This document shows positions 49,429 to 60,500 of a stretch of 64,000 nucleotides of DNA, one piece after another. The translations under genes were made by a program, and so were the position numbers. A model generated the notes under the pieces. That model worked only from the letters and a program-made list of their open reading frames with translations, was not told the origin of the DNA and made no database searches. Positions within the stretch are counted from its first letter, which is position 1; the number at the start of each line of letters is the position of its first letter. The stretch covers positions 3,072,001 through 3,136,000 of the forward strand of contig OY759599.1 of assembly GCA_963662465.1 (NCBI GenBank), read 5' to 3'. The stretch comes from Desulfatiglandales bacterium. Its GTDB lineage: Bacteria; Desulfobacterota; DSM-4660; Desulfatiglandales; Desulfatiglandaceae.

Positions 49429-50610
49429 ATGAAGCGGTTACCGACGGGAATTTTCCTCTTCTTTTTTACCCTTGCGGGACTTTTCGCATGTGGCGAAAAA
49501 ATCGAGCCGGGGGAAAGAGCTTCCGCCCCCGGCCCCACAATCAAAGCGGTTGTCGCCAAAGCCGGTGTTTCACAACAACCGTTGATCTATGAGGCCGTCG
49601 GAACGGTTCAAGCCGGAACCGCCAGCACCCTGAGCAGTAAGGTGATGGGAACCATTCTTCATATCCGGGTCAAGGAAGGGAATCTTGTCAAGGCGGGAGA
49701 AGAGCTGGTGGTCCTGGATTCCCGCTGGATAACCACCCAACTGCGGCAGGCCGAAGCAGGCCTGTTGGAAGCCCGCAAGGCAGAGACCGCCGCCCTGGCA
49801 GCTCTGGAGGCGGCCAAAGCCCATGCCACCCGGGCAGGCGCCGCCTATGAACGTTCGCGCAAGCTCCTGGAAGGGGAAGCCACCACCCGGGAATCGTTCG
49901 AAGGCGCACAGGCCGCTTACAACTCGTCCGGAGCGGGAGTCTCTCAGGCCCAGGCCATGCTGGAAGCGTCCCGATATCGCGTCAAGCAGGCCCGGGCGGC
50001 GGTGGATGGAGCACGGGTCAGTCAAAAGGATACCGTGATCCTTTCCCCCTACGATGGCAAGGTTACAGCCAAGATGGTGGCGGAGGGAGACATGGCGGCG
50101 CCCGGCGCCCCGTTGCTGTCCCTGGAAAAAACCGGCGCCCATTCGTTACCCAGCGGGCAGGTGGATGTCATTCTCCCCGAATCTTATATCCGGAACATTC
50201 ATATGGACCAAAAGGTTCAGGTAAAAATTCCAGCCATTTCAGAAGCGCCCCTCCAGGGAACCGTGGAAACCATTGTCCCTCAGGCGGACGTGAAAAGCCG
50301 CACCTTCCTGCTAAAAGTCAAACTTCCGGAACACCCCTCCCTGAAACCCGGGCTTTTCGCAAGGGTGGCAGTGCCGGTAGGTGAGGATCACCTTCTGCTC
50401 ATCCCCTCTTCCGCGGTGGTTTCCCAGGGGCAGTTATCCGGCGTTTATGTTGTCAATCAGGAGAACATCGCGCGGTTTCGCCTGATTCGAACGGGGAGGA
50501 CTTTCGGCGATCAAGTCGAAATCGTTACAGGTCTCGACGAAGGGGCCCGGTTTATGGTAAATCCTCCGCCGCAAACGGTTGACGGCGCGCAAATTGAAAC
50601 CGCCTCATAG
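49429..50610 (+). CDS. RND efflux periplasmic adaptor (lipoprotein)
   Basis: Lipobox [14 protein letters not shown], coiled hairpin and SPYDGKV. Confidence 0.9.
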   Translation: MKRLPTGIFLFFFTLAGLFACGEKIEPGERASAPGPTIKAVVAKAGVSQQPLIYEAVGTVQAGTASTLSSKVMGTILHIRVKEGNLVKAGEELVVLDSRWITTQLRQAEAGLLEARKAETAALAALEAAKAHATRAGAAYERSRKLLEGEATTRESFEGAQAAYNSSGAGVSQAQAMLEASRYRVKQARAAVDGARVSQKDTVILSPYDGKVTAKMVAEGDMAAPGAPLLSLEKTGAHSLPSGQVDVILPESYIRNIHMDQKVQVKIPAISEAPLQGTVETIVPQADVKSRTFLLKVKLPEHPSLKPGLFARVAVPVGEDHLLLIPSSAVVSQGQLSGVYVVNQENIARFRLIRTGRTFGDQVEIVTGLDEGARFMVNPPPQTVDGAQIETAS

Positions 50611-50617
50611 GTGCTTT

Positions 50618-53600
50618 ATGGGTCCCGCTGGAAAAATCGCCACATTTTTTATCGACTCCAAGCTCACCCCCCTGATCATCATCGCCTCCATCCTTCTCGG
50701 GGTTGCGGCCGTGGTGGCACTCCCCAGGGAAGAAGAACCCCAGATCATTGTCCCCATGATCGATATCTTTGCACAGATGCCGGGGGCCGGCGCCAAAGAA
50801 GTGGAACAACGGGTGACCAAACCCATGGAAAAGCTCCTCTGGGAAATCCCCGGCGTCGAATATGTCTACTCCACCTCCAGCCCCGGGGGCGCAATGGTCA
50901 TCGTCAGATTCCGCGTGGGAGAAGACGAAGAGAAATCCATTGTCCGACTCCAGTCAAAACTCATGGCCAATGCGGACAGGATACCCTGCTGTGTTACCCC
51001 GCCCCTGATTAAACCCCGCTACATTGACGACGTCCCCATCCTGGCCCTCACCTTCTGGAGCAAAAACGCCGACCATTTAACCCTTCGCCGGGTGGCCGCC
51101 GAGGTGGAAGATCGCATCAAACAGGAACCCGACGCCTCCCTCACCACCCTGATCGGCGGGGTCAGCCGACGCATCGAAGTCCGGATCGATCCCGTCCGGC
51201 TGGCGGCCTATGGGCTGGACCCGGCTCGTATCTCCCAAATGATTTTCGCGGCCAATCAGGCCTCCGATGCCGGCCGGTTTCCCTCCCGGGAGGGGCAGAT
51301 CATTGTCCACACCAGCGGATTTCTGAAGACCCTTGAAGACGTAAAAAACGTGGTGGTGAGTGTCCATGGGGGCCGGCCCGTGTATCTGCGCGATGTGGCT
51401 GAAGTTCTCAATACGCCCCAGGATCCCGACCAGTATGTCTTCTTCGGCGCCGGGCCCGCGGGGCACGAGAAGGGACTTTCGGCGGATCTTGCCACTGAAG
51501 GGGTAAGGCCTGCCGTAACCCTCACCGTGGCCAAGCGCAAGGGCGCCAATGCCGTGAGCGTTGCCCATAAGGTTCTTGAACGAGTAGCGGAACTCAAAGG
51601 CAATGTGATTCCGGAAAACATCCGGACCACCATCACGCGCCATTACGGGGAGACGGCCAAGGAAAAATCCGATGAACTCCTCCTTCATATGCTGATCGCC
51701 ATTGTCTCCGTGACCCTGCTCATCTGGTTCACCCTGGGACTGAGGGAATCAGGCGTCGTGGCCCTGGCCATCCCCGTAACCCTGGCGCTGACCATGGCAA
51801 CCTTCTATTTCTACGGGTATACCCTCAACCGCATCACCCTCTTTGCGTTGATCTTTTCCATCGGCATTCTCGTGGATGATGCCATTGTGATCGTGGAAAA
51901 TGTGGTGCGCCACTTCCATCTGGAAGAAAACCGGGACCGTCCCAGGTTCACGGTGGCCATTGAAGCCGTGGACGAGGTGGGAAACCCCACCATCCTGGCC
52001 ACCCTCACGGTCATCGCGGCCATTCTGCCCATGGCCTTTGTGGGGGGCCTCATGGGACCCTATATGCGCCCCATACCGGTGGGCGCCTCCGCGGCCATGG
52101 TCTTTTCCCTCCTGGTCGCCTTTGTGGTAACGCCATGGGCAGCGGTCCGCCTCATCCATCACGAGACCCAAACGAAAGAGAAAACCGGGCAACCCCACAA
52201 GGATGACTGGTCCACCCGGCTCTACCGGCAGGTGATGAACCCCTTGCTCCATAACCCTTTTTGGCGATGGCTCTTTCTGTTGGGAGTGGTGAGCCTCCTG
52301 CTCCTTTCCTGCGCCATGGTGGGCCTGGAACTGGTCCGGGTAAAGATGCTTCCCTTTGACAACAAGAGCGAATTTCAGGTCATTCTGGACATGCCGGAGT
52401 CCGTCACCCTGGAACAGACCGCCGCAGCCGCCATGGAAATGGCCGATTATTTGAGGACCGTAAACGAAGTCACCGATTGCGAGATATACGTGGGGACGGC
52501 CTCTCCCTTTAACTTCAACGGTCTGGTCCGGCATTACTACCTGCGCCAGGGCGCCAATATGGCGGATATCCAGGTAAACCTTGCATCCAAAGGATTTCGG
52601 AAGGATCAAAGCCATGCCATTGCAAAGCGGGTAAGACCCGCGCTCAAGGCCATTGCGGACCGTTACGGCGCCAGGGTCAAAATCGCCGAGGTCCCACCCG
52701 GACCGCCCGTACTCTCCACCCTGGTGGCCGAAATCTATGGTCCCGATTACGACCGGCAGCGGGAACTCGCGGGCGCCGTCATGAAGATCTTCGAGAATAC
52801 ACCCGGGGTCGTGGATGTGGACTGGTACATGGAAGAAGATCAACCGCGATACCGGGTCAAGGTGGACCAGGAAAAGGCGGCGCTCCACGGGGTCAGTGTG
52901 GCCCAGGTAGCCGGGGTGCTTCAGTCGGCCTTAAGCGGCAGCCAAAGCGGATTGCTCCATGACCCCGAAGAAAAGGAAGACATTCCCATCTTCCTGCGGC
53001 CGGACCTGGCCTCCCGAGCCGGCCTCCATCGCCTGGAAGCCATGGAGGTGGCAACCCCCGACGGCGGGACCATCTCCCTGTCGGCCCTCATCAAGGCAGA
53101 GCGCACACCTTCGGATCGCAGCATCTACCACAAAAATCTCATGCCGGTGGTATACGTGACCGGCGATGTGGCAGGCGCCAAGGAAAGCCCCATCTATGCG
53201 ATCCTTGAGATGTACAAAAAAATCGAGGAGATCCCGCTTCCGGAGGGATATCAAATCACCCAGCATACCGCCGCCCTCCCCGAAAGTGATCGGCGCTTCG
53301 CGATGAAATGGGACGGAGAGTGGCACATTACCTATGAGGTTTTCCGGGATCTGGGGCTTGCCTTCGCGGTGGTGCTGCTGCTTATTTTCGTACTGGTGGT
53401 GGCGTGGTTTCAATCCTTTATAACGCCCCTGGTCATCATGGTGGTGATCCCCTTTTCACTGATCGGCATCCTCCCCGCCCACTGGTTGATGGGGGCTTTT
53501 TTCACGGCCACCTCCATGATCGGGTTCATCGCGGGCGCGGGTATTGTAGTTCGTAACTCCATCATTCTGGTGGACTTCATCGAGCTTCGCCTGGAACAGG

Positions 53601-53854
53601 GAGCGCCTTTGGATCAGGCCGTCATAGACGCCGGGGCCATCCGTTTCAGGCCCATGATGCTGACCGCGGCAGCCGTTGTGGTGGGGGCCTCGGTCATTCT
53701 CTTCGACCCCATTTTCCAGGGTCTGGCCATTTCCCTCATGGCCGGAGAAGTCGCATCCCTCCTCTTCTCCCGCATGACCGTTCCGGTCCTTTATTTCATG
53801 AGTCGGCGGGGGAAGAAGAAAAAAGAAACAACGTTATGTCTCCCGGCCACATAG
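50618..53854 (+). CDS. RND efflux permease (AcrB family)
   Basis: [21 protein letters not shown] and RFRPMMLT. Confidence 0.93.
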   Translation: MGPAGKIATFFIDSKLTPLIIIASILLGVAAVVALPREEEPQIIVPMIDIFAQMPGAGAKEVEQRVTKPMEKLLWEIPGVEYVYSTSSPGGAMVIVRFRVGEDEEKSIVRLQSKLMANADRIPCCVTPPLIKPRYIDDVPILALTFWSKNADHLTLRRVAAEVEDRIKQEPDASLTTLIGGVSRRIEVRIDPVRLAAYGLDPARISQMIFAANQASDAGRFPSREGQIIVHTSGFLKTLEDVKNVVVSVHGGRPVYLRDVAEVLNTPQDPDQYVFFGAGPAGHEKGLSADLATEGVRPAVTLTVAKRKGANAVSVAHKVLERVAELKGNVIPENIRTTITRHYGETAKEKSDELLLHMLIAIVSVTLLIWFTLGLRESGVVALAIPVTLALTMATFYFYGYTLNRITLFALIFSIGILVDDAIVIVENVVRHFHLEENRDRPRFTVAIEAVDEVGNPTILATLTVIAAILPMAFVGGLMGPYMRPIPVGASAAMVFSLLVAFVVTPWAAVRLIHHETQTKEKTGQPHKDDWSTRLYRQVMNPLLHNPFWRWLFLLGVVSLLLLSCAMVGLELVRVKMLPFDNKSEFQVILDMPESVTLEQTAAAAMEMADYLRTVNEVTDCEIYVGTASPFNFNGLVRHYYLRQGANMADIQVNLASKGFRKDQSHAIAKRVRPALKAIADRYGARVKIAEVPPGPPVLSTLVAEIYGPDYDRQRELAGAVMKIFENTPGVVDVDWYMEEDQPRYRVKVDQEKAALHGVSVAQVAGVLQSALSGSQSGLLHDPEEKEDIPIFLRPDLASRAGLHRLEAMEVATPDGGTISLSALIKAERTPSDRSIYHKNLMPVVYVTGDVAGAKESPIYAILEMYKKIEEIPLPEGYQITQHTAALPESDRRFAMKWDGEWHITYEVFRDLGLAFAVVLLLIFVLVVAWFQSFITPLVIMVVIPFSLIGILPAHWLMGAFFTATSMIGFIAGAGIVVRNSIILVDFIELRLEQGAPLDQAVIDAGAIRFRPMMLTAAAVVVGASVILFDPIFQGLAISLMAGEVASLLFSRMTVPVLYFMSRRGKKKKETTLCLPAT

Positions 53855-53908
53855 CGTTTGCCATTTGGGAAAGCCGTCTGGTATAATTTCCCAAAACCTT
53901 TCTGAGAG

Positions 53909-55639
53909 ATGTCGGAAATGAAAAAACGGATACTATACGCCGAGGCCAATTATCAGGCTATCGTCCACGAACACGGATATTTTGTGGACAAAACCGCCTA
54001 CATCGCCACACTGGAGGCTGTTAAGAACCCGGTATTTCTCCGCCCGAGACGCTTCGGTAAGTCCCTTTTGTGCACCATGCTGGAGAGTTATTACAGCATT
54101 CTGTATAAAGACCGGTTTGACGAACTGTTCGGCCATACCTGGATCGGCCGGAACCCGACGCCGCTGCACAATGGTTTTTTTGTGCTGCATCTGGATTTTT
54201 CCGTTGTTGAAACCGGGGACATGGCGGTTATGGAGAAGAGTTTCAATCGCACTGTCAACCTGGAACTGCAATCCCTGATCGGTCGCAACAGGATATGGTT
54301 TAAAAACGATGTAACGGTCAGCATGGAAGAAAGTGGAACAGGCAATCTGCAAAATACATTGAAATACATAAAAGAAAATGGGCTGCCCGTCCTTTTCGTC
54401 ATCATCGACGAATACGACAACTTTGCCAACCAGCTCATTACCGGGCACAAAGATCATCTGTACAAACAGCTCATGGCGAATGAAGGCTTTTTGAAAACCT
54501 TTTTCAAACTTCTGAAAGAGGGCCGCAAGACCGGGGCCATTCACAATGTGTTCATCACCGGTGTACTCCCCATTACCATCGATGAACTGGCGTCCGGTTT
54601 CAATATCGCCAATTTCATCACCCTGGAACCGGAGTTCGAGAACATGTTAGGCTTTACCCAGACCGAAGTAGATCGGCTGCTGGATGAAATCTATGAGGAT
54701 TTTCAGTTCGATCCGGCCACCAGGGCGGAAACGGACGCCGTCATCAAAAGCAACTACAACGGTTATCATTTTGTTGATCCGGATGGCGAAACACTGTACA
54801 ACTCCACCATATTGCTCTATTTTCTGAACTATTTCACCCGATACGGCGTGTTTCCTGAATACCTGACCGATTTGAACCTCAAGACCGATCTGTTGTGGGT
54901 GCGGCGCATCACCGGCTCCAATCCCGAAAACACCAAAGAATTTGTAGATCAGATCCTCCTGCGCGGGGATATTGAATTTGACAAGACCTTCCTGATCTCC
55001 AAGTTCAATATGAGCCAGTTTTTTGAAAAGGGGTTTTTCCCCATCTCCTTTTTCTATCTCGGCATGCTGACCCGGAAGGACGACTTCAGTCTTGCCCTTC
55101 CCAATCTGAACATGCGCCGGATATTTGTGGAATACTTCAATGAGCTGTACCGTATTGACGTGTCCACCCGCTACAGGGAGATCATGCGGGGGTTTGTCAA
55201 CGACCTGGATCTGCACGCCCTGTTTGCGGGCTACTGGAGAGAATACGTGTCCCAGCTTCCGGAGGCTGTTTTCCAGCAGGTCAATGAAAACTTCTATCTC
55301 ACCACCTTCTACGAGCTTTGCAGCCGCTATCTTTCCAAGTGGTTCGTATGGAATGTCGAGCGTTCCTACCCCAAAGGCCGCACCGACCTGGAATTCGTCG
55401 GCAAATACAACGAATGCTTTGCCGGAATCCGCATGGTGATCGAATTCAAATACTTTTCCAATACGGAATTCAAGAAGCTCAAGACCACCATCGAAAATTT
55501 TGAACTGCTGGAAGGAGACACGAGACAGATTGCCGGGTACGTGGAAGGACTGCAACAGGAATATTCAGAGGCAAAGGTATCGCAATATGTGATCTATTGT
55601 TTCGGCAATCAGGGGCACCGGGTGTTTACAGTTTCTTGA
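53909..55639 (+). CDS. AAA-ATPase-like protein with a C-terminal PD-(D/E)XK nuclease
   Basis: YFVDKT, RPRRFGKS, IIDEYDN, FITGV and GRTDL..IEFKY. Confidence 0.85.
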   Translation: MSEMKKRILYAEANYQAIVHEHGYFVDKTAYIATLEAVKNPVFLRPRRFGKSLLCTMLESYYSILYKDRFDELFGHTWIGRNPTPLHNGFFVLHLDFSVVETGDMAVMEKSFNRTVNLELQSLIGRNRIWFKNDVTVSMEESGTGNLQNTLKYIKENGLPVLFVIIDEYDNFANQLITGHKDHLYKQLMANEGFLKTFFKLLKEGRKTGAIHNVFITGVLPITIDELASGFNIANFITLEPEFENMLGFTQTEVDRLLDEIYEDFQFDPATRAETDAVIKSNYNGYHFVDPDGETLYNSTILLYFLNYFTRYGVFPEYLTDLNLKTDLLWVRRITGSNPENTKEFVDQILLRGDIEFDKTFLISKFNMSQFFEKGFFPISFFYLGMLTRKDDFSLALPNLNMRRIFVEYFNELYRIDVSTRYREIMRGFVNDLDLHALFAGYWREYVSQLPEAVFQQVNENFYLTTFYELCSRYLSKWFVWNVERSYPKGRTDLEFVGKYNECFAGIRMVIEFKYFSNTEFKKLKTTIENFELLEGDTRQIAGYVEGLQQEYSEAKVSQYVIYCFGNQGHRVFTVS

Positions 55640-55748
55640 AGATGTATGAGAATCAGTCGAGTCCCGTAGAGAAAGCAGCTGACACCTTATTAGCATTGCG
55701 GCTTACAAGGGTCATTATGAAAATTAAAACGACGAAAGGAACAGGAAT

Positions 55749-57404
55749 ATGACAGCGGAAACAGCCCCACTCATGGAACGTCCGGCCTGGAAGGCCCTGG
55801 AAGCCCACTACCGGGAAATTCGGGAAGTGCATCTCCGGAAACTCTTTGCGGATGATCCCGGTCGCGGCGAGCGGATGACCGCCGAGGCCGCGGGCCTTTA
55901 TCTGGATTACGCCAAGAATCGCATCACCGATGAAACCATTCGGTTGCTCCTGCAACTGGCCGGGGAATCGGGCCTGCGAGCCCGGATTGACGCCATGTTC
56001 CGGGGAGAAAAAATCAACCTTACGGAAAACCGGGCCGTTTTACATGTGGCCCTTCGCGCCCCGAAGGGCGCCGTTATCGTCGTGGACGGCGAGAACGTGG
56101 TGCCTCGGGTCCATGAGGTGCTGGACACAATGGCCGACTTTTGCGCCCGCGTCCGGAGCGGCGCCTGGCTGGGACATACGGGAAAACCCATTCGAAACGT
56201 CATCAACATCGGCATCGGGGGCTCCGACCTGGGGCCGGTGATGGCCTACGAGGCCCTCAGGCACTACAGCGAGCGCGCCATGACCTTCCGTTTCGTTTCC
56301 AATGTGGATGCCACCGACTTCGCGGAGGCGGTCCGGGATCTGGATCCGTCGGAAACCCTCTTCATCATCTCTTCCAAAACCTTTACCACCCTGGAAACCA
56401 TGACCAACGCCCATACGGCCCGCGACTGGTTGGTGGCGGGTCTCGCGGGCGACGAAAAATCGGTGGCCCGGCATTTTGTCGCGGTCTCCAGCAACTCCGA
56501 AGGGGTGGGCAAATTCGGCATCGATACCGCCAATATGTTCGAGTTCTGGGACTGGGTCGGCGGCCGCTACTCCCTGGACTCGGCCATCGGCCTCTCCACC
56601 ATGCTGGCCATCGGTCCGGACCATTTCCGTGCCATGCTGGAGGGGTTCCATGAGATGGACGAGCATTTTCGCACAGCCCCCTTCGCGGACAACCTGCCGG
56701 TCCTCATGGGCCTTTTGGCGGTCTGGTACAACAACTTTTTCGGCGCCGAAACCGTGGCGGTCCTGCCGTACGATCAGTATCTAAAACGATTTCCGGCCTA
56801 CCTGCAGCAACTCACCATGGAGAGCAACGGCAAACACGTCCGGCTGGACGGCACCCAAACCCCTTACCGGACCGGTCCCATCTACTGGGGCGAACCGGGA
56901 ACCAACGGCCAGCATTCTTTCTACCAGTTGATGCATCAGGGAACCCGACTCATTCCCGCTGATTTCATTGCCTTCATCCAGCCGCTCAACCCCCTGGGCC
57001 GGCATCACGACATACTCCTGGCCAACGTCTTTGCGCAGGCGGAAGCGCTGGCTTTCGGCAAGACACCAGAAGAGGTGAAGGCTGAGGGAACACCGGATTG
57101 GCTCGTTCCCCATCGGGTCTTTCAGGGTAACCGCCCTTCCAACATTCTCTTAGCCGAGCGCCTCACGCCGGAAATCCTGGGCAAACTCGTGGCCCTCTAC
57201 GAGCACAGCGTCTTTACCCAGGGGATCATTTGGGGCATCAACTCCTTCGATCAGTGGGGTGTCGAACTGGGCAAGGCCCTGGCCCAGCGCATCACCCCGG
57301 AGCTTTCGAGCCGGGAGGAACCCGGACTCCATCACGATAGTTCCACGAATACCCTGATCCGGCGCTGCCGTAAGATCAGAGGGGGTTCCGAATCAGGGCG
57401 TTAG
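55749..57404 (+). CDS. pgi: Glucose-6-phosphate isomerase
   Basis: [39 protein letters not shown] and DQWGVELGK. Confidence 0.97.
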   Translation: MTAETAPLMERPAWKALEAHYREIREVHLRKLFADDPGRGERMTAEAAGLYLDYAKNRITDETIRLLLQLAGESGLRARIDAMFRGEKINLTENRAVLHVALRAPKGAVIVVDGENVVPRVHEVLDTMADFCARVRSGAWLGHTGKPIRNVINIGIGGSDLGPVMAYEALRHYSERAMTFRFVSNVDATDFAEAVRDLDPSETLFIISSKTFTTLETMTNAHTARDWLVAGLAGDEKSVARHFVAVSSNSEGVGKFGIDTANMFEFWDWVGGRYSLDSAIGLSTMLAIGPDHFRAMLEGFHEMDEHFRTAPFADNLPVLMGLLAVWYNNFFGAETVAVLPYDQYLKRFPAYLQQLTMESNGKHVRLDGTQTPYRTGPIYWGEPGTNGQHSFYQLMHQGTRLIPADFIAFIQPLNPLGRHHDILLANVFAQAEALAFGKTPEEVKAEGTPDWLVPHRVFQGNRPSNILLAERLTPEILGKLVALYEHSVFTQGIIWGINSFDQWGVELGKALAQRITPELSSREEPGLHHDSSTNTLIRRCRKIRGGSESGR

Positions 57405-57448
57405 GGCTTAATGAATACGCTGTTAGCGATTCTTCAAAACCATTTTTG

Positions 57449-57493
57449 CGACCACCCCAACGTCGCCAATGGGATTATCGGTTTATGCCGAAT
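57449..57493 (+). repeat. 45-bp exact direct repeat, copy 2
   Basis: Identical to 42635-42679. Lies between convergent genes. Confidence 0.9.
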
Positions 57494-57560
57494 CACCTTT
57501 AAGCTTCCATCAGTTCGTTGGATTATCTCCCCGCCCTGCGCTATGCGCTTTGCTTTACCC

Positions 57561-60500
57561 TCAGGGCACGATGTTTAGATTCTGCAGCGTTAACGAGCCC
57601 TTGGGGGCCTTGGGCGCACCCTGAAGGGTCGTTGTGCCGGCATCGGGATTCTTGAAAGAGGCATCCCATCCGCCCTGAAGCACCAGGATATTGTCCGCAT
57701 TGAGGGTAAAACTGCCGTCGTATGTCGTCTCTGATGATGCAATCAATATGACGGTGCCGTTGGCGGCAGCCTCGACCGCCTCTTTCACGGTCCGGTGGCA
57801 AGGCGTTTCGCCCCCGCACCAGCCGTCGCTGCACACATACCGCCTGGGACCGGCCGTCCACTGGGCGTACAATGTCACACCGGCGCCCGGCATATTGAAT
57901 GTATCCCCCGGACCGTAGGCGTCTCCGCCGCCGTTCGCGGCCGTGTTCCAGCAGTTGAATAAATAGCCGGTCCTTACCAAAGATCCGGGCGCCAATACGG
58001 TAACTTCATCACCCTCCTCATAACGATTTTCATCCACCGGTGCGGACCCTCCGGTGTTGCCGTTTCCGTTGTAGGCAACCGTGAAGATACGAAACGCGCA
58101 GGCCCCGATGGTGGGGTTGCTTTCCTGCCGGGTCAGCCCCCGCTGATCCGTGGTGATTTTGTCGGACGGCTGTGCATTCGAGGGCGTGCCCCAGTCGGAC
58201 AGCTTGTGGGCATTGTTCTCATTGTCGTAGAAATAGTAGCCGTCTGTTTCGTTGTAATAGACGTAGGCCCCGCCGGATACCGCCGGACAGGACGGATTGA
58301 GTACCGCCATGGTCAGGGTCAGGCCGCCGTAATCCGCCAGGGGCCCCAGGTCGCCGGCCGTGTACGCATCGGTTTGGTTGGGGGCCAAGGCGTTGCCGGA
58401 AATCATCCCGCTTGTTTCGGCAAACCAGGCATAATAGGCGGTGGCGGTCGCGCTGCCCAAAAGAGATATGTCCCCGCCTGAATTGGCCGTATTATTGACA
58501 ACGATGCTGTTCAGAAGGTAACAAGCGGCCCCGGAGCCTGAAGAGAAAGCTATCCCCCCGCCATGATTAACAGCCTCGTTGCCGCTGATGGTACAATTCG
58601 TCAGGGTCAGGGCGCCGTCGGAAAATATCCCCCCGCCATTAAAAAATGCCTCGTTGCCGCTGATGGTACAGTTCGTCAGGGTCAGGGCGCCGTCGGAAAA
58701 TATCCCCCCGCCCTCGCCGGCCTTCGACCCGGACACCGTGACCGTATCCATATGGAGGGTCCCGCTTTCCAGCAGAATGGCACCGCCCTTCTTGGTTGGG
58801 TATGCATTTCCAAGATTTCCACCCTTAACGGTCATGTTGGAGATAACCACCGTCCCATCACTGATTTGGAACACTCGAAAATTGCTCACCCCCGGGTCCG
58901 TCACCTGTACCGTTACCATATTATGGGTGTTCAGATTGGTTCCGTCAATACGAAGGCCTTTATCAATTAGGAGTTCTGAGTCGATGTTAATGGTGTCACC
59001 AGGCATATTTAATAAAATAGTATCACCCTCTTTTGCTGTCGCAATGGCGTTACGCAGGGTTCCCGCGCCCAAATCAAGGTTGCTGGTCACCTCCCATACC
59101 GAAGGCTCGTAGGCCCCGATGGTGGGCGTGCTGTTTTCCCGGGTCAGACCCCGCTGGTCCGTGGTGATTTTGTCCGACGGCTGTGGATTCGAGGGCGTAC
59201 TCCAGTCGGACAGCTTGTGGGCATTGTTCTCATTATCGTAGAAATAGTAGCCGTCTGTTTCGTTGTAATAGACGTAGGCCCCGCCGGATATGGCCGGACA
59301 GGACGGATTGAACACCGCCAGGGTTTGGGTGGGGCCGCCGTTGTCGGCTAGGGGTCCCAGATCGCCGGCGGCGTAGGCCGCGGTTTGGTTGGGCGCCGTT
59401 TCCTCGCCTGAAATCGTCCCGATTGTATCAAGAAACCAGCAGTAATAGGCGGCACTGCTCGACACGGGCGTAAGACACAGGTCCCCGCCCGTATTATTGA
59501 CAACGATGCTGTTCAGGAGGTGGCGATTGGCACTTGAATAGATGCCCCCGCCCCAATTTGCCGCGTTGCCGCTCACGGTGGTGTTCGTCAGGGTCAAGGT
59601 GTCGTTGGAATAGATCCCCCCGCCCTCGTCTTCGGTGGTATTGCCGCTGATGGTGCTGTTGGTCAGGGTCGTCGAGGCACCGCCGGAATAGATTCCCCCG
59701 CCATCCTCCCCTGCCGCGTTGCCGCTGACGGTGGTATTCGTCAGGGCCAAGGCGCCGTTGGAACAGATCCCCCCGCCAGAGGCCTTGGTCATGGTCGATG
59801 CCACGTTGCCGCTGATGGTGCTGTTCGTCAGGGTCAGGGTGCCGGAGTAACAGCATATCCCCCCGCCCAGGATATCCGCCGCGTTGCCGCTGACGGTGCA
59901 GTTCGTCAGGGTCAAGACGCCGTTGGAAAATATCCCCCCGCCCCGCATACTCTTAGACCCGGACACCGTGACCGTATCCATATTCAGGGTACCATTTTGC
60001 AGCCGAATGCCGGCGCCATCCTCCCTTATTATACCCGTAAGATCTCCGCCCGTGACGGTCATGTTGGAGATGTTGATGGTCTCGCCGGCCGCGTCGATAT
60101 CGAACACCCGCCACCCGCTCACGCCGGGCTCAGTCACCTGCACAGTAATCGACGTCCCGCTCCCGGCGGTGTTGGCCCCGTCGATGGTGAGGCTTTTCCC
60201 GCTGATGCTGAGTTCTGATTCGCTGGTGATGGTCTCTTGTCCTTCCGGCAGGTTAAAGGTGATGGTATCGCCGTCGCCTGCCTTGTCAATCGCATCGCGC
60301 AGGCTCCCCGGGCCGTCGTTATGGTGGGTCAACACCGTAGAGGAAAAGTACGCGCATGCGCCGATGGTGACGCCGTCTTCCCGGAATGTTCCCCGCTGAT
60401 CCGTGGTGATTTTGTCGGCGTCTTTTGGATTCGAGGGCGTGCTCCAGTCGGAGAGCTTGCGGGCGACGTTCTCAGTATCGTAGAAATAGTAGCCGTCCGT

